DNA of 64,000 bases from Podarcis pityusensis (Eukaryota), in NCBI GenBank assembly GCA_964106645.2, contig OZ067043.1, one strand, 5' to 3'. The translations under genes were made by a program, and so were the position numbers. Numbering within the stretch: position 1 is the first letter of the stretch; every line of letters begins with the position of its first letter. Under the pieces are notes generated by a model. The model did no database searches. It saw nothing but the letters and a program-made list of their open reading frames with translations, and was not told where the DNA came from. Positions 35,640 through 49,541 of this stretch are shown here, in pieces.

Positions 35640-38600
35640 TATTTCATTCATAAAGACAACTTCATCTCACAACTGCCATCTAGCAAATACTATATATGCT
35701 CAAGGAAAAAATAAATGCAACATTAACGTGATTATAAATGTCTAGATGGAATTGTGGAAATAGGTCTCCTGCCTTGCTTAAGCAAGCTGCACACATTGCT
35801 GGAGGGCAGTGCCTGCAGATGCTCCCCCGAATGCCATCTGGATACTACTTTTGAATCCAAGGTACAAGAAAAACATACCAAGGTACATTTAATAATACGA
35901 CAGGGCAGGAAGGCTCGTCAAATGCACACAACATACAGTGATATGTGCATTGCTAGATACAACATTCCATGAAAACATATAGAGCATGACACAAAGTTGA
36001 TAACATAGGTTACAAAGAAGACAGCAGCAGCTGCATGTTGACTGCTTACAAACGCTTCTGCTACAATGGTGCAATTTCTGCACTGAGACAAACACTTTTC
36101 ACCTTTGCTACTCAAGCTTTGCCATTAATGATCACCAGAATTCCCCTGACAAATTGTACTAATATCAAGACAAATAAATAAACTATGATTCTAGCCCTAC
36201 AAGTGCATCTGTAACATGGGGTTCATTCTGTGTCTCTTGCTGGATGAAATGTCTACACACACCCCACACCCTAAACACCACCTTTATTTTAAATAAACTA
36301 ATAAAAAAAAATCCTTTACAAGTAGATCACTTTCTTTTTTTGCTTGGCAAAACCAAATTCTCCTGGTCTGTTAAAACCCTCTTTAGTTTTGCACTTACAA
36401 ACTACTGGCATTTTCAGTCAGTTTCTTATTTGAAAACATGGATTTAAGAGTTGAACATCCAGTGAATACAGAAATCTAGACCTGGATAAGTTTTCAGAAC
36501 TATGGTTTAAACTTAAATTTCACTGGTTAAATCTACTTAAACATTTTGTAGGCCATGATCCAGCAGAAGCTTCCATTCATTAATTTCAACGGGGCTTGTG
36601 CAAGTAAGCTTCTGTTGGATTTTGACCCAAATGCTAAGAGAGTAGTTAAGGGTTAGTCTTACTTACTAAAAGCAGGTATGAGATTAAATTTAATGATCTG
36701 CTTTGAATTATACATATAGGGGAAATCTCAAAATAGTGTAAGTAGTGCCTGCTCATGCAACAGGGTGTCTGCTTTTCCTTCTTCATCCTGCAGTCCTATG
36801 CATGCCCCCCATCCTCCAAAAGAACTGTCCTGGAAACTCTGGATGGGGACCCACTGTTGCCCAGACGAATTTCCAATGCACAAGTGAGAAGACATCACTG
36901 GATCTAAGCGCATCTTTGTGTGTAAGCAATTCTGAATAGTCTTTTGCAACCAAGCAAACAAATGCAACATTAAAATTTGGGATGCTTAGAAGTTAAACAT
37001 GATCAGATTGTTGTTATTGGTCCCAATTTAAGCTCAAAATTTGTGAAGCTCATGTGTTAACCATGACCAGATTATCATTAGTGTGCTGAGCACTACTATT
37101 TCTTGCTGAGCTTCTAATAGGAGATACAAAGAGATTCACTATATTTCATTGCCAACCTTGACATTCACAAACCTTCATCTGATTATTGTGAGTCATCGGA
37201 TACTAAGGAGAATTCATGGAATTACTGACTTGCTAGCCATAGCGAGTTTTCATCCAGGATCTTTAGTATCCAAATTGGCTTTCATATTTGCATTAGTAAA
37301 AATATTTTTGTGACTTGTAGCTCTGAGTAACCACTTGTACATCTACATACATCCATGCACATATATTTGTATATTTCAACAAATGTGAATAACTACTATT
37401 ACTTCTATTACTGCTATATAAGAATGCGACAGAAACACAGCTTAAGTGGAATAAATCTTTCCAAAAACCTACACCCATTCAAATCATAACTGATGTGGGT
37501 TGAGTCCTAATATCCTGATTTGCAAACAGATGACACCTACTCTGCCCAGGGATACATGACTAATCAATGGCAGGCAATGGGGGATTGTGGAAATGCGGTA
37601 GGGATACATCTTTATATAGCACTGTGATGAGTTGTTTGAAAGCCTTCATAAAATTGTAAACAGATAGTTTGGACATGTTGATGGGAAGATTAGGTTTTAT
37701 TGTGACTTGAGTGACAGGCTTAGTGAAGGGTATTTACGGTTTGCCTCCTGTTGCTAAAAACACCATGACAAGCAGAACCTGACATGTGTGCATAATGGGA
37801 AGGCTTTTTTTGGGGGGGGGGAATTATAAGAAAAAGAGCTCATTAAGAAGCTTGTATTTCAGCAAGCTTCATTTTCCCATGCTGAGAAAACTGCAGCATT
37901 GGGGAGCCACACAAGGCACGGAAGATCTGCAATTTGGCAAAGGCTGCTTTACTTTGACTATGCTCACACACATTCCCAAAAGACTAAGTGGGAAGCTCTG
38001 TCCAAAAGTGGCAGGGAGGACTGGTCAACATCAATATCAAAATAGGAAGGAAGGAAAGAAGGAAGGAAAGAAGGAAAGGCATAATGTGGTCCAGCATTCA
38101 TACTCAGCAGAGACACCAAATTAATTTTGCAGAATACAAATGTGTGTAGCTGTTATACACAATTTATTTTCACTCTCCAATTTCTACCCAGCAGATTAAT
38201 TATGATGTCCATATGCAGTAGGAGAACAGGAAAATAGCCTTGCCAAGGCTGCTTTCCCCAAAATGAAAATGAACTGTCTTACATCAGCCGCAATGTTATA
38301 AAGTACAGTGAATTAGAAAGAGGAGAGAATAAGGAAACACTTCTCTGTTGTTAAAGTCATTTAGCCAAAGTCATTTAGACATTCATGTGAGCAAGGTTTA
38401 CTATTAATAAAGTAAGTGTCCATGGATATCTAAATCAGATAGAGGCAACACTGGGTAATACAGGCACAGAAATTGAATTTTAGAGCGCTGTCTAATAGAG
38501 AAAGCAATAAATTGGAGGGGGGGGTGAAGGCAACTGTCTTAAAGACAAAGCGGGCTGTGTATAAAAGAGAGAACATTAAAACCAATGAGTGGTTGAATAA

Positions 38601-39181
38601 GATATTGGTTTTAATGTGTGCTTTATTTATTTTTAATTTGTTGAATTGCTGGATACCTGCCTACTCTTTTTTTGTGCCTCTTGTACACAGGTGAGAGGAG
38701 AGCAAAATCCTGTTCTTTGCACACTAATGGAGAATTACTGATCTGTTTTGCTTCTCAGCAATGCTGTAGCTAAGTCCTTGTTCCCAGGATATGGAGCCAG
38801 CCTTGGAGTAGACCTGACAGGGGGGCATTCTCCCTCTGGGGTACTTTTAGGCTTGGCTCTTGGCTTTGTTTTCCCTAGAGTGTGATGCATTAGAAAATCT
38901 GCTATGGTAACTCTGCCACACGAGGACCTGCATTAATTACTCTGCTCGCCAACCTCCCTGTGATTCCCCGCACAGCAACCCATAGAGCTTTTTCTTCCCA
39001 CCCCATGAAACCGCAAAAGCTCACTTTCCCTTGGGCCTCTTGGGTTTTTATTCATGGAAACCCAGCACTTTGATACAGCACTACAAAACCTGCAATGGAG
39101 GCTGCACAATGACAGCCTTACATTTTTATGTATATAGGAAGACAAACCTGTGAGTGTTGAAGAACTATTAAAAACTTGTTA

Positions 39182-39292
<111 letters not shown>

Positions 39293-40319
39293 TTAGGATT
39301 AAGGTAAACATACAAATATTGAGAGGTGTAGTTGGTAGCTTGAAGAGTGCTATGCATGATCCTGCACTTGTGCAAAACTGATACTTTCTTATTGTAGTGA
39401 AACAGACAGATCACCATAGCCAGAGACAGTCCTCAGAACCCAGGTACGCCATAATCCCCATTTCTGAGATCATGGTCATATGGGTTTCCCCAACAGGCCC
39501 AGCTCTCTGGAAAGATGCCCATTTATCCAACTGGCACTCCTGCCAAACAGCCAATTGAAGTAAACAAAACCATCAATATATATATTCCTCAGAAATGAGC
39601 TAAAACTTCTACAAGCAGTTAATTTTAATTTACAGTATATATCTAGGCTTTGAGCATCTACTGGTTAAAGTATCAGTTTCAGATCCACATTTGTAACAGT
39701 TGATCAATTTCACCTTTTAAAACAGTAATTTAGTGCTTCCCAATTCTCATGCTAGTGGTCTTGTACATTTTGGAAGGTAATGAGTGATCTAGACACAACA
39801 TCTCACCAAGCAACACCCTGCACCATATCAGAAGCAGCAAGGGGTAGTTTATAGCTGTGAGTCACAATACAAGTCAAAGCTTGGTTTTCAGCCAATTACT
39901 GTGCTTCTTTGAGAGGGCTGACAATGAGCTACTTTATACCACTCAAATATAGATTTGTTAATGGGGAGAATACTTAGTTTAGAGCTGAAAAGTATGTAGT
40001 CTATATACGATAAGTTAACACCAATGTGTCCAACACAAATTAAACTAAAATTTTTTTCTATGTTATACACAATATTCAGGGTAAAGCTTTCAAGGCAATA
40101 TAAATAATATATATCAACATAAAAAAGGCTGAGGGGGATAAAAAAGAAACAAGTTATTAGAGAAATCACACCATACAAATTATATCTGTACTTGCATGAG
40201 TATGAAATGGTACACATGTCATTGGGATAAATGAAAATGCTTAAAAGGAACTTTGGTCTATGGAATGTGCTTGACTGACTGCTGGAGGCAATGAGAACAC
40301 AGATGGAGCAATTCTATAC

Positions 40320-40385
40320 CTGATAAATGTTTTCTTCTGTTTCAGGCTCACGGATTGGCTCATGTCCAGCCTCAAACACAATGTA
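40320..40385 (-). CDS. DAB1: DAB1 exon 8 (66 nt): YIVFEAGHEPIREPETEENIYQ (Y200 and Y220 equivalents)
   Basis: Acceptor gctgatgtaatag, donor CAG|gtatag; phase 0-0. Confidence 0.97.
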
Positions 40386-41952
40386 CTATTACATCAGCAG
40401 CAAAGGAGGAAAGGTCAAAGATGAATCAGAAAAGAAAAAAGGCAATTTGGAACTTCAGAAGAAATAACCATAGACAAGCAGTAAGGAAGCAGGTTCAAAG
40501 TACAGGCTGGCTTAGGAGCAATTGACTTTTGCTGAAAGGCATATCATGCAACCTTCTTTTATGGAAGAGAAATAAAGGAGAAATGGAACTTTGCTAATTG
40601 TCATTTGACAAGTTTCCTGCTGTTTTCCCAACGGAGATACAACCAAAGGCTCAATTCTGTTCCCATAGCAGCTACTGGGAATTTTTACTGTGGACTTCTG
40701 TGGGATCATAAAGAAGGCCCTGGGCTGCTGAGGGCACTTTTAATCTGTTTGAGGGAAGGAGGGAAAATTAGCAAGTGCAATGAGTTAAATTTCAGCTTCG
40801 AGTTTTCAATAGGGGGCTAATTTTTACACTATATTTGAGTACGTAACATTATTATTAATTATTATTGAATTTATATGCCGCCCTATACCTGGAGGTCTCT
40901 GGGTGGTTCCATAGTCAACAAGATCAGTTATGAACAAGTGTTTATTTTTGATGGTGAAATTTATTAAAGGAAATGCAATTTGCATGAAACAAAAATTTGA
41001 CTATCATTGTCGCCTTCTTAAATTAGTGGCAGGGAAATCTGGCTCAGAGCACTGGTGTCAGTGTGGCTATGCCCCGCAACCCACGGCCACCTGCCCCACA
41101 CAGGTGTCGTAAGGTCACAACAGAACAATGGGAAGTTTAAAGTGAGCATCTGGGTTTTTCTTTTTGCAAGTGGGGCTCCTTGTCATGGCTTATCAGCTAA
41201 GCAGCACTGAAAAGAAGCCCCAGTAGAATCGGCTGCAGCTGAGGAGTCTTGCTTGTACCTTTTTGAAGCGGTTTGCATTCAAACCGCTTCATAAAATGCA
41301 GCTAGCCTCTTTGCAAGGGCACTCCCAGCACCAGTGGCTCTGCTTCAAATGGCTTCCTAAAATGAAACTCTGTTTTATGAGGCAGCCTGAAAAGCAGCGC
41401 CAAAGGCATAGCCTTTTCCTATGGCCTTCTTGGCTCATTGATTTTTTCCCTTTATTCTCCCCATGTGTATCCCATTTATTCTGATGGAAGAGAATGAAAT
41501 GCACAACTTTCAGGCTAGCATAGTTTCTCTCCCATTCCTGGGGTGTTTTTTGAGGATTGGAGGGCTTGATCCACTGCTGCTTGCAGCATGCCACCCCCAG
41601 TGCCCCATCTCTACTGTCAGTGGGACAACTGCTACAGACCCTTCCATAGCTTCACTGAAGACGCATATAAGTTTGATTGCCTTCTCCAAGAAGGCAGATC
41701 TTAAAAATCCCATGGCCTCAGAATGTCCTCCTGGGTACTAAAAGATTGCAGCATTACTATAATACATTCAGAATTTAGTATTAAGAATACTACCTATAAA
41801 TCAGTGTTTTGAAGATATTTTATAATTTTTATAGCTGACTTATTAGACACCTAAATTATATTTCTTTTTTTAGCACTGTCACTCAGCTTAAAAGCTTAAT
41901 CACATCCTTAACTATTTCTGAAACTCTGTTTTTATAAAGCTTCAGAAATTAC

Positions 41953-41991
41953 CTGGTAAACAGGATCTTCTACATCTTCCTCCAAAATTGT
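41953..41991 (-). CDS. DAB1: DAB1 exon 7 (39 nt): TILEEDVEDPVYQ (Y198 equivalent)
   Basis: Long pyrimidine tract ending ttgcaatag, donor CAG|gtaatt; phase 0-0. Confidence 0.97.
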
Positions 41992-42460
41992 CTATTGCAA
42001 AGAAAGTAGAAGAGACAAAAAGGAAAGAAAGTGAACAGCAGGTGTACAAGAGCCAAATATTGAGGAAAGATATTGCACATTGTTCAGTAAAGGAGGGCTA
42101 GATGTCTACTCAACCTTGCATTGCATATATGAAGGCGCACATTAAGAAGGAATACTCTGAAATTCTTCCAGTTTTAAATATCACAAATTAAATATTCATG
42201 CAACCATTTCGTATGTCTACTGTGCTCAGCTTTGTTATTCTCAATCACTGCCAAATTGTATTATGGCACTACTGATAACAGCAATATTCACAGACAGCAG
42301 TGGAACCTGTAAATCTTCTATCCACTGAAACTAGTAACCAGTTACCAGTGCTCAGCAGCATAAGACCCACCCATTTAATGGTACAGGTAAGAGCATAAGT
42401 TTGCTTGATTCAAACGTCCTGATTTCTGTGGCAAAGGATCAGTTTTATTCTTTGTTCCTA

Positions 42461-42667
<207 letters not shown>

Positions 42668-44399
42668 CTACATAAAACAAATTAAGAGTATTTCAATAAT
42701 ATGGGAAAGAAGACTAGCAAACAAAATGTGACCTTTCCTAATGAAACAGATGGTCTTAAAAACAATTTTATTTAGTAACGGTATAATGGATTCATTTAGA
42801 TGCATCAATGGATTCTTATACTCTTACTTGTGAGTAAACCATTTAAATTATTACATTGAAATTAGTGTTAGTACCGAAGTATGAAATCATCTGATCCATA
42901 TAATGAATTTGTATAGTTTGTAATGTTTGGCTGTAATGCAAACTTGGCAACATTTCTGCTGGAAGTTTTTCTCTGGCTTCAAACATTAAGAGGTTCTGCT
43001 CTTGCTTTGTTAATGATCATTAGGCCATGTCAAGACAAGACCAGCTGATTTGTAAGCACCTGGGCAGAAGTCCTTTAACGTTAGCCCTTTATTCTCAGTG
43101 TCATTGTCATTGATCAATGTGAAATTATGTGACCTACAAAGCCAGCTGCTTTGTTGATGCATGCACATGTTATCTAATTTTAATTTCCTCACTGCTAATG
43201 AAACTATCATTGTTTCCTGGAATTACATGACCGGTCAACCCAACTGAAGTGAGGTCAATTCTCTTGATGGCTTCTTGAGAATGCTTTATGTGATTGTTGC
43301 TCCCTATCTATATCCAAATCCCTCTCTTGTTCCTATGTGCATGTATTTGGGTGCACAGAGTGAGTGAACTTCAAAGCAACTCTCTGTCATGGCTAGTGCT
43401 GTGGGAAAACTGCTGGAGGATTGAACCAAGGTGCAGTTGCTAAGTGACAGGGGAACAATATCATAATGTGCATGTAGCAACATTATGAGATGAAAGAGAG
43501 TTCTCAGGTGAGCTTTTTCCAAATGCTTGCCAACAAATCTCATACCAGCCAAACCAATTCCAAAATGAACCACAGGTTCATCTCAGGTTCCATCTCAGGG
43601 TAGAAATTGTATATTTAAGTCCATTTGTTCCTACTTAATGGCAGACACCAATTAAAGTTTTGTGGAAATGAGTTAAATCCTGGGTTAAATCTACAAGTCA
43701 AAAGTTACTGAAGATAGGCTTCCACAGCCATATTGGAACTTTCATAACAATGTCTAGCCTGTGCCTGAAGTCAATGTGACTAAATCTACACTACTCTAGC
43801 TTAACTTGGTTATTCAAATTGAGTTCTTAGGATGGCAGCCTTAGGCATTTTAAAACACTCCAAAACACACCCTTTCTCATTGAATTAAATACCTTGTTTA
43901 TATTGGTCTAGCTGCAAACTTTAACTAGGCAAAGGTTCATTTCTATATAAGCTAATTATATTTGCAGATTAATGGTAATTATAATTATGAGCATAAAAGG
44001 CATTGCTTATATTTATTAGTGGTTTCTAATACAATGAAATGAGAGTAGACTATGCTAAATAGCTATTTGTTTTCCATCGTTTTCTATCTAAATGAGTCTA
44101 GGACCCTAAGTAAACTTATTTGTATTCAGCTAGTGTTTCCAGTTTAATTAGAAAGGAAAATAATTACTAATTAGAAGGAATACATCAAGAAAAAAATTGA
44201 GAAGGGTGAATTGTATTTCTTTCTTTCCAGGACTGGTATTGCTAAACTGCCATCTCAGAACATTTATGCATGCACTTCTGACAGCATTATATACTGCATA
44301 AACAATGCTTACAGGCTGCCCTTTCAAAGCAGCACTGTTCTAGACAGAGCTATCAAACTGAGTTAAACTGCAGAAAATGACAATAATCTTGATACTTAC

Positions 44400-44531
44400 T
44401 GCCTGGGCTGTTTTTATTGCCACAAATCTATGATTCCCTTCCTTTCCGCACACATATCCGAAGGCCCGATGGTCTGTGATATCCTTTGCGATGTATGAAA
44501 TTTCATGAACTGCATGATGGTGCTGTAGTAG
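44400..44531 (-). CDS. DAB1: DAB1 exon 5 (132 nt), PTB domain: [44 protein letters not shown]
   Basis: Acceptor tttgtttatgaacag, donor GCA|gtaagt; phase 0-0; peptide essentially identical to the DAB1 PTB domain. Confidence 0.98.
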
Positions 44532-44879
44532 CTGTTCATAAACAAAAAGCAAAGAAGCACAGGGCATATTTTACCAAAGTTCACATTTTTTACTGAGGCA
44601 TGTAATTTACCTCTGTGAGGATACACCTGAATGACAATGATGTTTCAATAAAAAGCAAGGTATAGATTCTTCAAAGCTATTTTTATTGATTTGATATTAC
44701 ACTTACAACCATTTTCATGTTTTGTATGCATTTCATCCAGTGCTTAGTGTTCAGTCAGATTACCCCCAAAGGCGCACTCTTTCAGTGTCTCCCAAGACAG
44801 ACAGATGCCAACAACAACAACAAACCTTCCCTGTCTGTCACCACAGGTTCCTTCACTGCTACCTCACAGTTCAGGACTT

Positions 44880-45385
44880 TCAATGTAGAGTGCTCACTGA
44901 TGGTTACTCATCCCCTCAGGGTTCTGTCCTGGGCACATCAACAGTATAGTGTCCCAGTCAAGGGAAGTAATAGTACCACTCTATTCTGCCTTGGTCAGAC
45001 CACACCTGGAGTACTGCATCCAGTTCTGGGCACCACAATCGTGATATTGACAAGCTGGAACATGTGCAGAGGAAGGTGACCAAGATAATCAAGGGTTTGG
45101 AAACTAACACTTAAGTTCAATGACTGAAGGAGCTGGGTATGTTAAGCCTGGTAAAGAAGAGACTGAGAGGAGATATGATAGCAATCTTTAAATATCTAAA
45201 GGGCTGTCAGGTGGAAGATGGAGCAAACTTGTTTTCTCCTACTTTAGAAGCTAGGACCTGAACCAATAGATTCAACTTACCATAAAGGAAATTGAGACTA
45301 ACCATCAGAAAGAACTTTCTGACAGTAAGAGCTGTGTGACAGTGGGAAAGACTTCCATGGGAGGTGGTGGACTCTGCTTCCTTCT
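44880..45385 (+). mobile_element. Decayed CR1 LINE fragment (ORF2 C-terminus)
   Basis: PQGSVLG motif fused by deletion to the [24 protein letters not shown]-type segment and downstream CR1 sequence. Confidence 0.9.
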
Positions 45386-46533
45386 ATCTATTAGTGCAAA
45401 CAGTAGCAGGGTTATCACTTCCAGATAGCGGTAACTTTTCAGTTTTCATCACCCAGCTAAGTAACAGCTCTTCTTACTTTTCAACACGTGAAAGACTTTT
45501 GGCTGTCACAGAGGAGAGTTCAGCTCTGCAATTTTACTGCTCAATATTGCCTCCTGCTTACTGCACTGACATATACATGCTTATTTGTGACTAATAGTGC
45601 TCTTTCTGCCCAAATTTGCCTTTCATAAAAAGAAGCATCACTTTATGTTTAATTAGTAATATTTAATTAGAATTGGGAAGGGGGGATTCCTCTCAGCATT
45701 TTTGTGTGTGTCAGATGTTGCACATTGCTTTGTATGCAAAGAGACAGCAAATGTGAACTTTAGGTGCTTGGATTTTATATTGTGAAGCTCTACAAAATGC
45801 AGTAAAAAACAAATCCAGAAAATATTCTTACAAAACCCTTCTGCATCATTGTTGCATCCTAATAAAACTGAACTGATAAAAATCTACCTCCAGTCAAAGG
45901 CAGTATCAGGGCAAGATATTTACAGATGCAAACAAACCAAATCCTCAGACATTGCTTTAAAATGATCAATATCTTTGCTAATATTAATCTTCTAGTTATC
46001 TGCATTTTTTATCCAGCAATAGATTTCTATGGGCCACATGTTATGATGGACATTTGAACATCTGGATAAACTAGCTGCTGACCCATTAATCAAAGTGGGT
46101 TTACTGAGTGGTGATTTCTGTGAAGAGAGAGGGAAATCAATATTCATGTCAACTTAGGCAGACCTCTTAGTGTTCTTGTCCTTCAGTAATGGGAACCACA
46201 TTGGCCAAGAAATATCTATCGCTAGATTGATATTGGCTGACATGTAAGTTTTTGCTTTTACAGAGGTCCTCTTCCTTTCTGAAAGAAAGGTACACCATGC
46301 CTGGTAAAAAAAGCAAACCTAGAACTAGAATTTCTTACTATGGATTATTTTCAGTGCAAGCAGGACAGACTTTTACTCACCCAAAGGACTTCCCCTTCCT
46401 GTTCTCCTCCCTGCAGCTCATTGTGTACCCCACAATGTATTTGCTAGGGCTGCAAGGGAGAAAATGGACGTCTGCACACATGACATGGGATTTCAGATAA
46501 TTTTGGAAGGGGACAGTTCACAGATCTCTAGTA

Positions 46534-46669
46534 CAGCCTTCCTCAGCCTAGGCCCTCCAGATATTTTGAGACTACAATTCCCATCATCCCTGACCACTGG
46601 TCCTGCTAGCTAGAGATCATGGGAGTTGTAGACCAAAAACATCTGGAGGGCTGAGGTTGAAGAAGCCTG
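46534..46669. mobile_element. Palindromic hAT-type MITE (136 bp)
   Basis: TIRs cagccttcctcagcct / aggttgaagaagcctg; internal inverted repeat actacaattcccat...atgggagttgtag; perfect 8-bp TSD ctctagta. Confidence 0.9.
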
Positions 46670-49075
46670 CTCTAGTATGTTGCTTGGACTAATCAACAGA
46701 AAATACTTGTGCTAGTCACCACAGAAAATATACCAACTGGAAGCTTCCAATCATCTAAGCAGTCTAGACTGGTTATTATTTAGGAGACCATGAGTATGTA
46801 CAAACTTACTTAGAAAGTGTAACAAGCAAGGGTTTCTAATTTTTTTTTTTTTTAAATGTATTATAGCATCATGGCACCATTTATTTCTGTGCCACCACAT
46901 ATCTTATAGCTTCTCCTTGTAGTGTTTTATTCTAGTCCTCTCACAGGCATGATATACTAAAGATTGTAATCAGTGAGTTTCTTTATTACTTTATTGTATT
47001 GTCACAGCTAATATCAGTTATGTACCTGCAGGGGCATTGTTCAAAGTTGCTAGGTTTCTCCCCCCGCCCCCATTAAAAATGTCTTCCACTTCAAAAAAAG
47101 ATAAGAAAGTACAAAAAGGTTACATGTGCATTCACTCTTAGAGTCATTCTGACTCCTAAGCAAACCATTTCATTGCAATGCATAGACAAGTAAAACAGAA
47201 AGAAAGCAGTTTCTATATTCCAATAGAAAGGGTGAAATGCAAAATTCAGTGGACAATAACTGCATACAAAAATATGTTACTGTTCCAGGCTGTGATTTAG
47301 CCACTAAGCAGCAGGGCAGCAGTATGGATGCTATACAAGCCACTGTGAGCACAAGCAAATCACCTGTATATGAACACTTATCACTCATATATCCTACATT
47401 GCTATAAAACAACACTATGTAAAGAATACTATGAATACTATGTAAAGAACACTATTATCAAATATCTGAAAGGAATGGATGCACTGTTCTTATTGGAGAC
47501 ATGAAGGTGGTGTCCCTAAATCATACAGACTGTAAATCAACACAAAAATATTCAGAGGAAGGATAGGAATCCTGAGGGGTGGGGAACCTGGACAACTTCC
47601 ATCAGTTCTAACCACTAGCCATTCTGGCAAGGGCTGATGGGAGTTGGGAGTCCAATAACTTCCAGAGGGCCCTGGCCATAGACTCTCACTTGCATCCTAC
47701 TAAATATATATTATGCCATATTGCCAATAACTTCAGACATAATAAGTTAATTATAGGGTGTAGTATAACCATTCTTCATGAGAATTGCATGTTCCCCAGC
47801 GTATTAATGATGCAATCTTATTTACATAATATAATTGTATTGATTTATTAGAATTTCTTTTCCTGTGCTCAATTTGCAGGCTTTCTTCTGAATCATGAAA
47901 TTAAATATCTTCCCCTCGTCAATTGCATATTATGGAGAATGTTATCTCAAGCTCCTATTCAATCAAAGTTCTTTGACACCGCTTTATTGATTGCCAAGCA
48001 ATGTTTGCAGAGAAATTAAACTATGATCAGACTCCTTACTTGTGGAATTAGACATAAAGATTATTCTGCCATGGAAAAATATCACCTACAATGCTGAGAT
48101 GGCAGATGGAAACATTTATTTGGGAACCCTCATTAACTATTGGAAAATCATTACATCTCTAATGGCTGATGATGCCAAAGTGTTACCTTGCAAACTGTAC
48201 CAGGCTATTAAGAAGTAAGTTAAGCATGCCTACAGCAATAGCTTTGTCTGTATTTAATTTAAGGAGTATTTAGAAAGATGACTGTCAAGAGATTTAAAAA
48301 AAATCTATGAAGTTTTACTTTATCTTGGCACAGGAGATATGAAATATTATACTGCAGACTCTGATATGACAAAACGCTGGTGCATGTTGATTAGAAACAT
48401 CAAACTGTTAGACATCAATTAAATCGGATAAACTTTTTAATTGTACATATTTATGTGAAATGTTGACAGATAACGAATACACCTCTTTCCCCTTACAACT
48501 GTATGTTTAGTACTTTTAGTACTTTAGTTTTTTTCTGGGGAGCTGAATTGGTTCCTGTTTAACACAACACACCAGCAAACCCTATTGAAAAGACTCACCA
48601 GCAAATCCTTCTCACGACAGTAATTCAGAGTCAAATTAGCTTTACAATGAGGAAGAGACAGGAGACCCACAAGCTAAAAACATCAGTATTTATTGATGTT
48701 TCTAATGGTGTTTTTATGAATGCCTTCTGCTGGTTTTATTCTTATATGCTGTATGAGAACTTGATACAGAGGGAGGTAAGGAGGAAAGAAAACAGGAAGA
48801 TGAAAAAGTGCCTTATCTGATTAATAAAGTGTTGCTTATTGCACCCATATTATAATGTATGGAGAACTTTGAGAAAAATAGTACTTTTAGAATATATTTT
48901 TGGAAATCCAGTTATGAAACTCTGAATGGACCTATCATTGCAAAATGGCTCATTAATTTCAGCTTTTTCATGCCCTTGCTTGCACATGGGATTTGATAGG
49001 CTACAATTAAATTGCAAAACAGATAAAATGAAAATTACCCCTTGACTTTCGTGAAATATAGTTTAAGTACTAGCC

Positions 49076-49213
49076 CAGGCATAGGCAAACTTGACCCCCT
49101 CCAGACGTTTTGGGACTACAACTCCCATCATCCCTAGCTAGCAGGACCAGTGGTCAGGGATGATGAGAGGTGTAGTCCCAAAGCATCTGGAGGGCTGAGT
49201 TTGCCTATGCCTG
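49076..49213. mobile_element. Palindromic hAT-type MITE (138 bp), same family
   Basis: TIRs caggcataggcaaact / agtttgcctatgcctg; perfect 8-bp TSD tactagcc. Confidence 0.92.
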
Positions 49214-49239
49214 TACTAGCCTTTGCATTAACAACAACT

Positions 49240-49435
49240 TTATTATTTGCACCCCACCCATCTGGTACAAAACCCATTTCCTAAGCCACTCTGGGCAGTT
49301 CTAGTACGTATGAAAACATAGTAAAATGTCAGACATTAAAAACTCCCCGATACAGGGATGTCTTCTAAAAGTTGTGTAGTTCTTTATCTCCTTGACATCT
49401 GATGGAAGGATGTTCTACAGGGAGAGCACCATTAA
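49240..49435 (-). mobile_element. L2-type LINE 3' end remnant (similar tails near 40860 and 62060)
   Basis: ttatttgcaccccacccatctgg...cactctgggc tail motif shared with 62060-62115. Confidence 0.5.
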
Positions 49436-49473
49436 AATGTTGAGGGTTTCTTACAAACTATCATCTCTTTTTC

Positions 49474-49475
<2 letters not shown>

Positions 49476-49539
<64 letters not shown>
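49476..49539. repeat. Compound (CT)n(CA)n microsatellite
   Basis: Directly visible. Confidence 0.97.
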
Positions 49540-49541
<2 letters not shown>

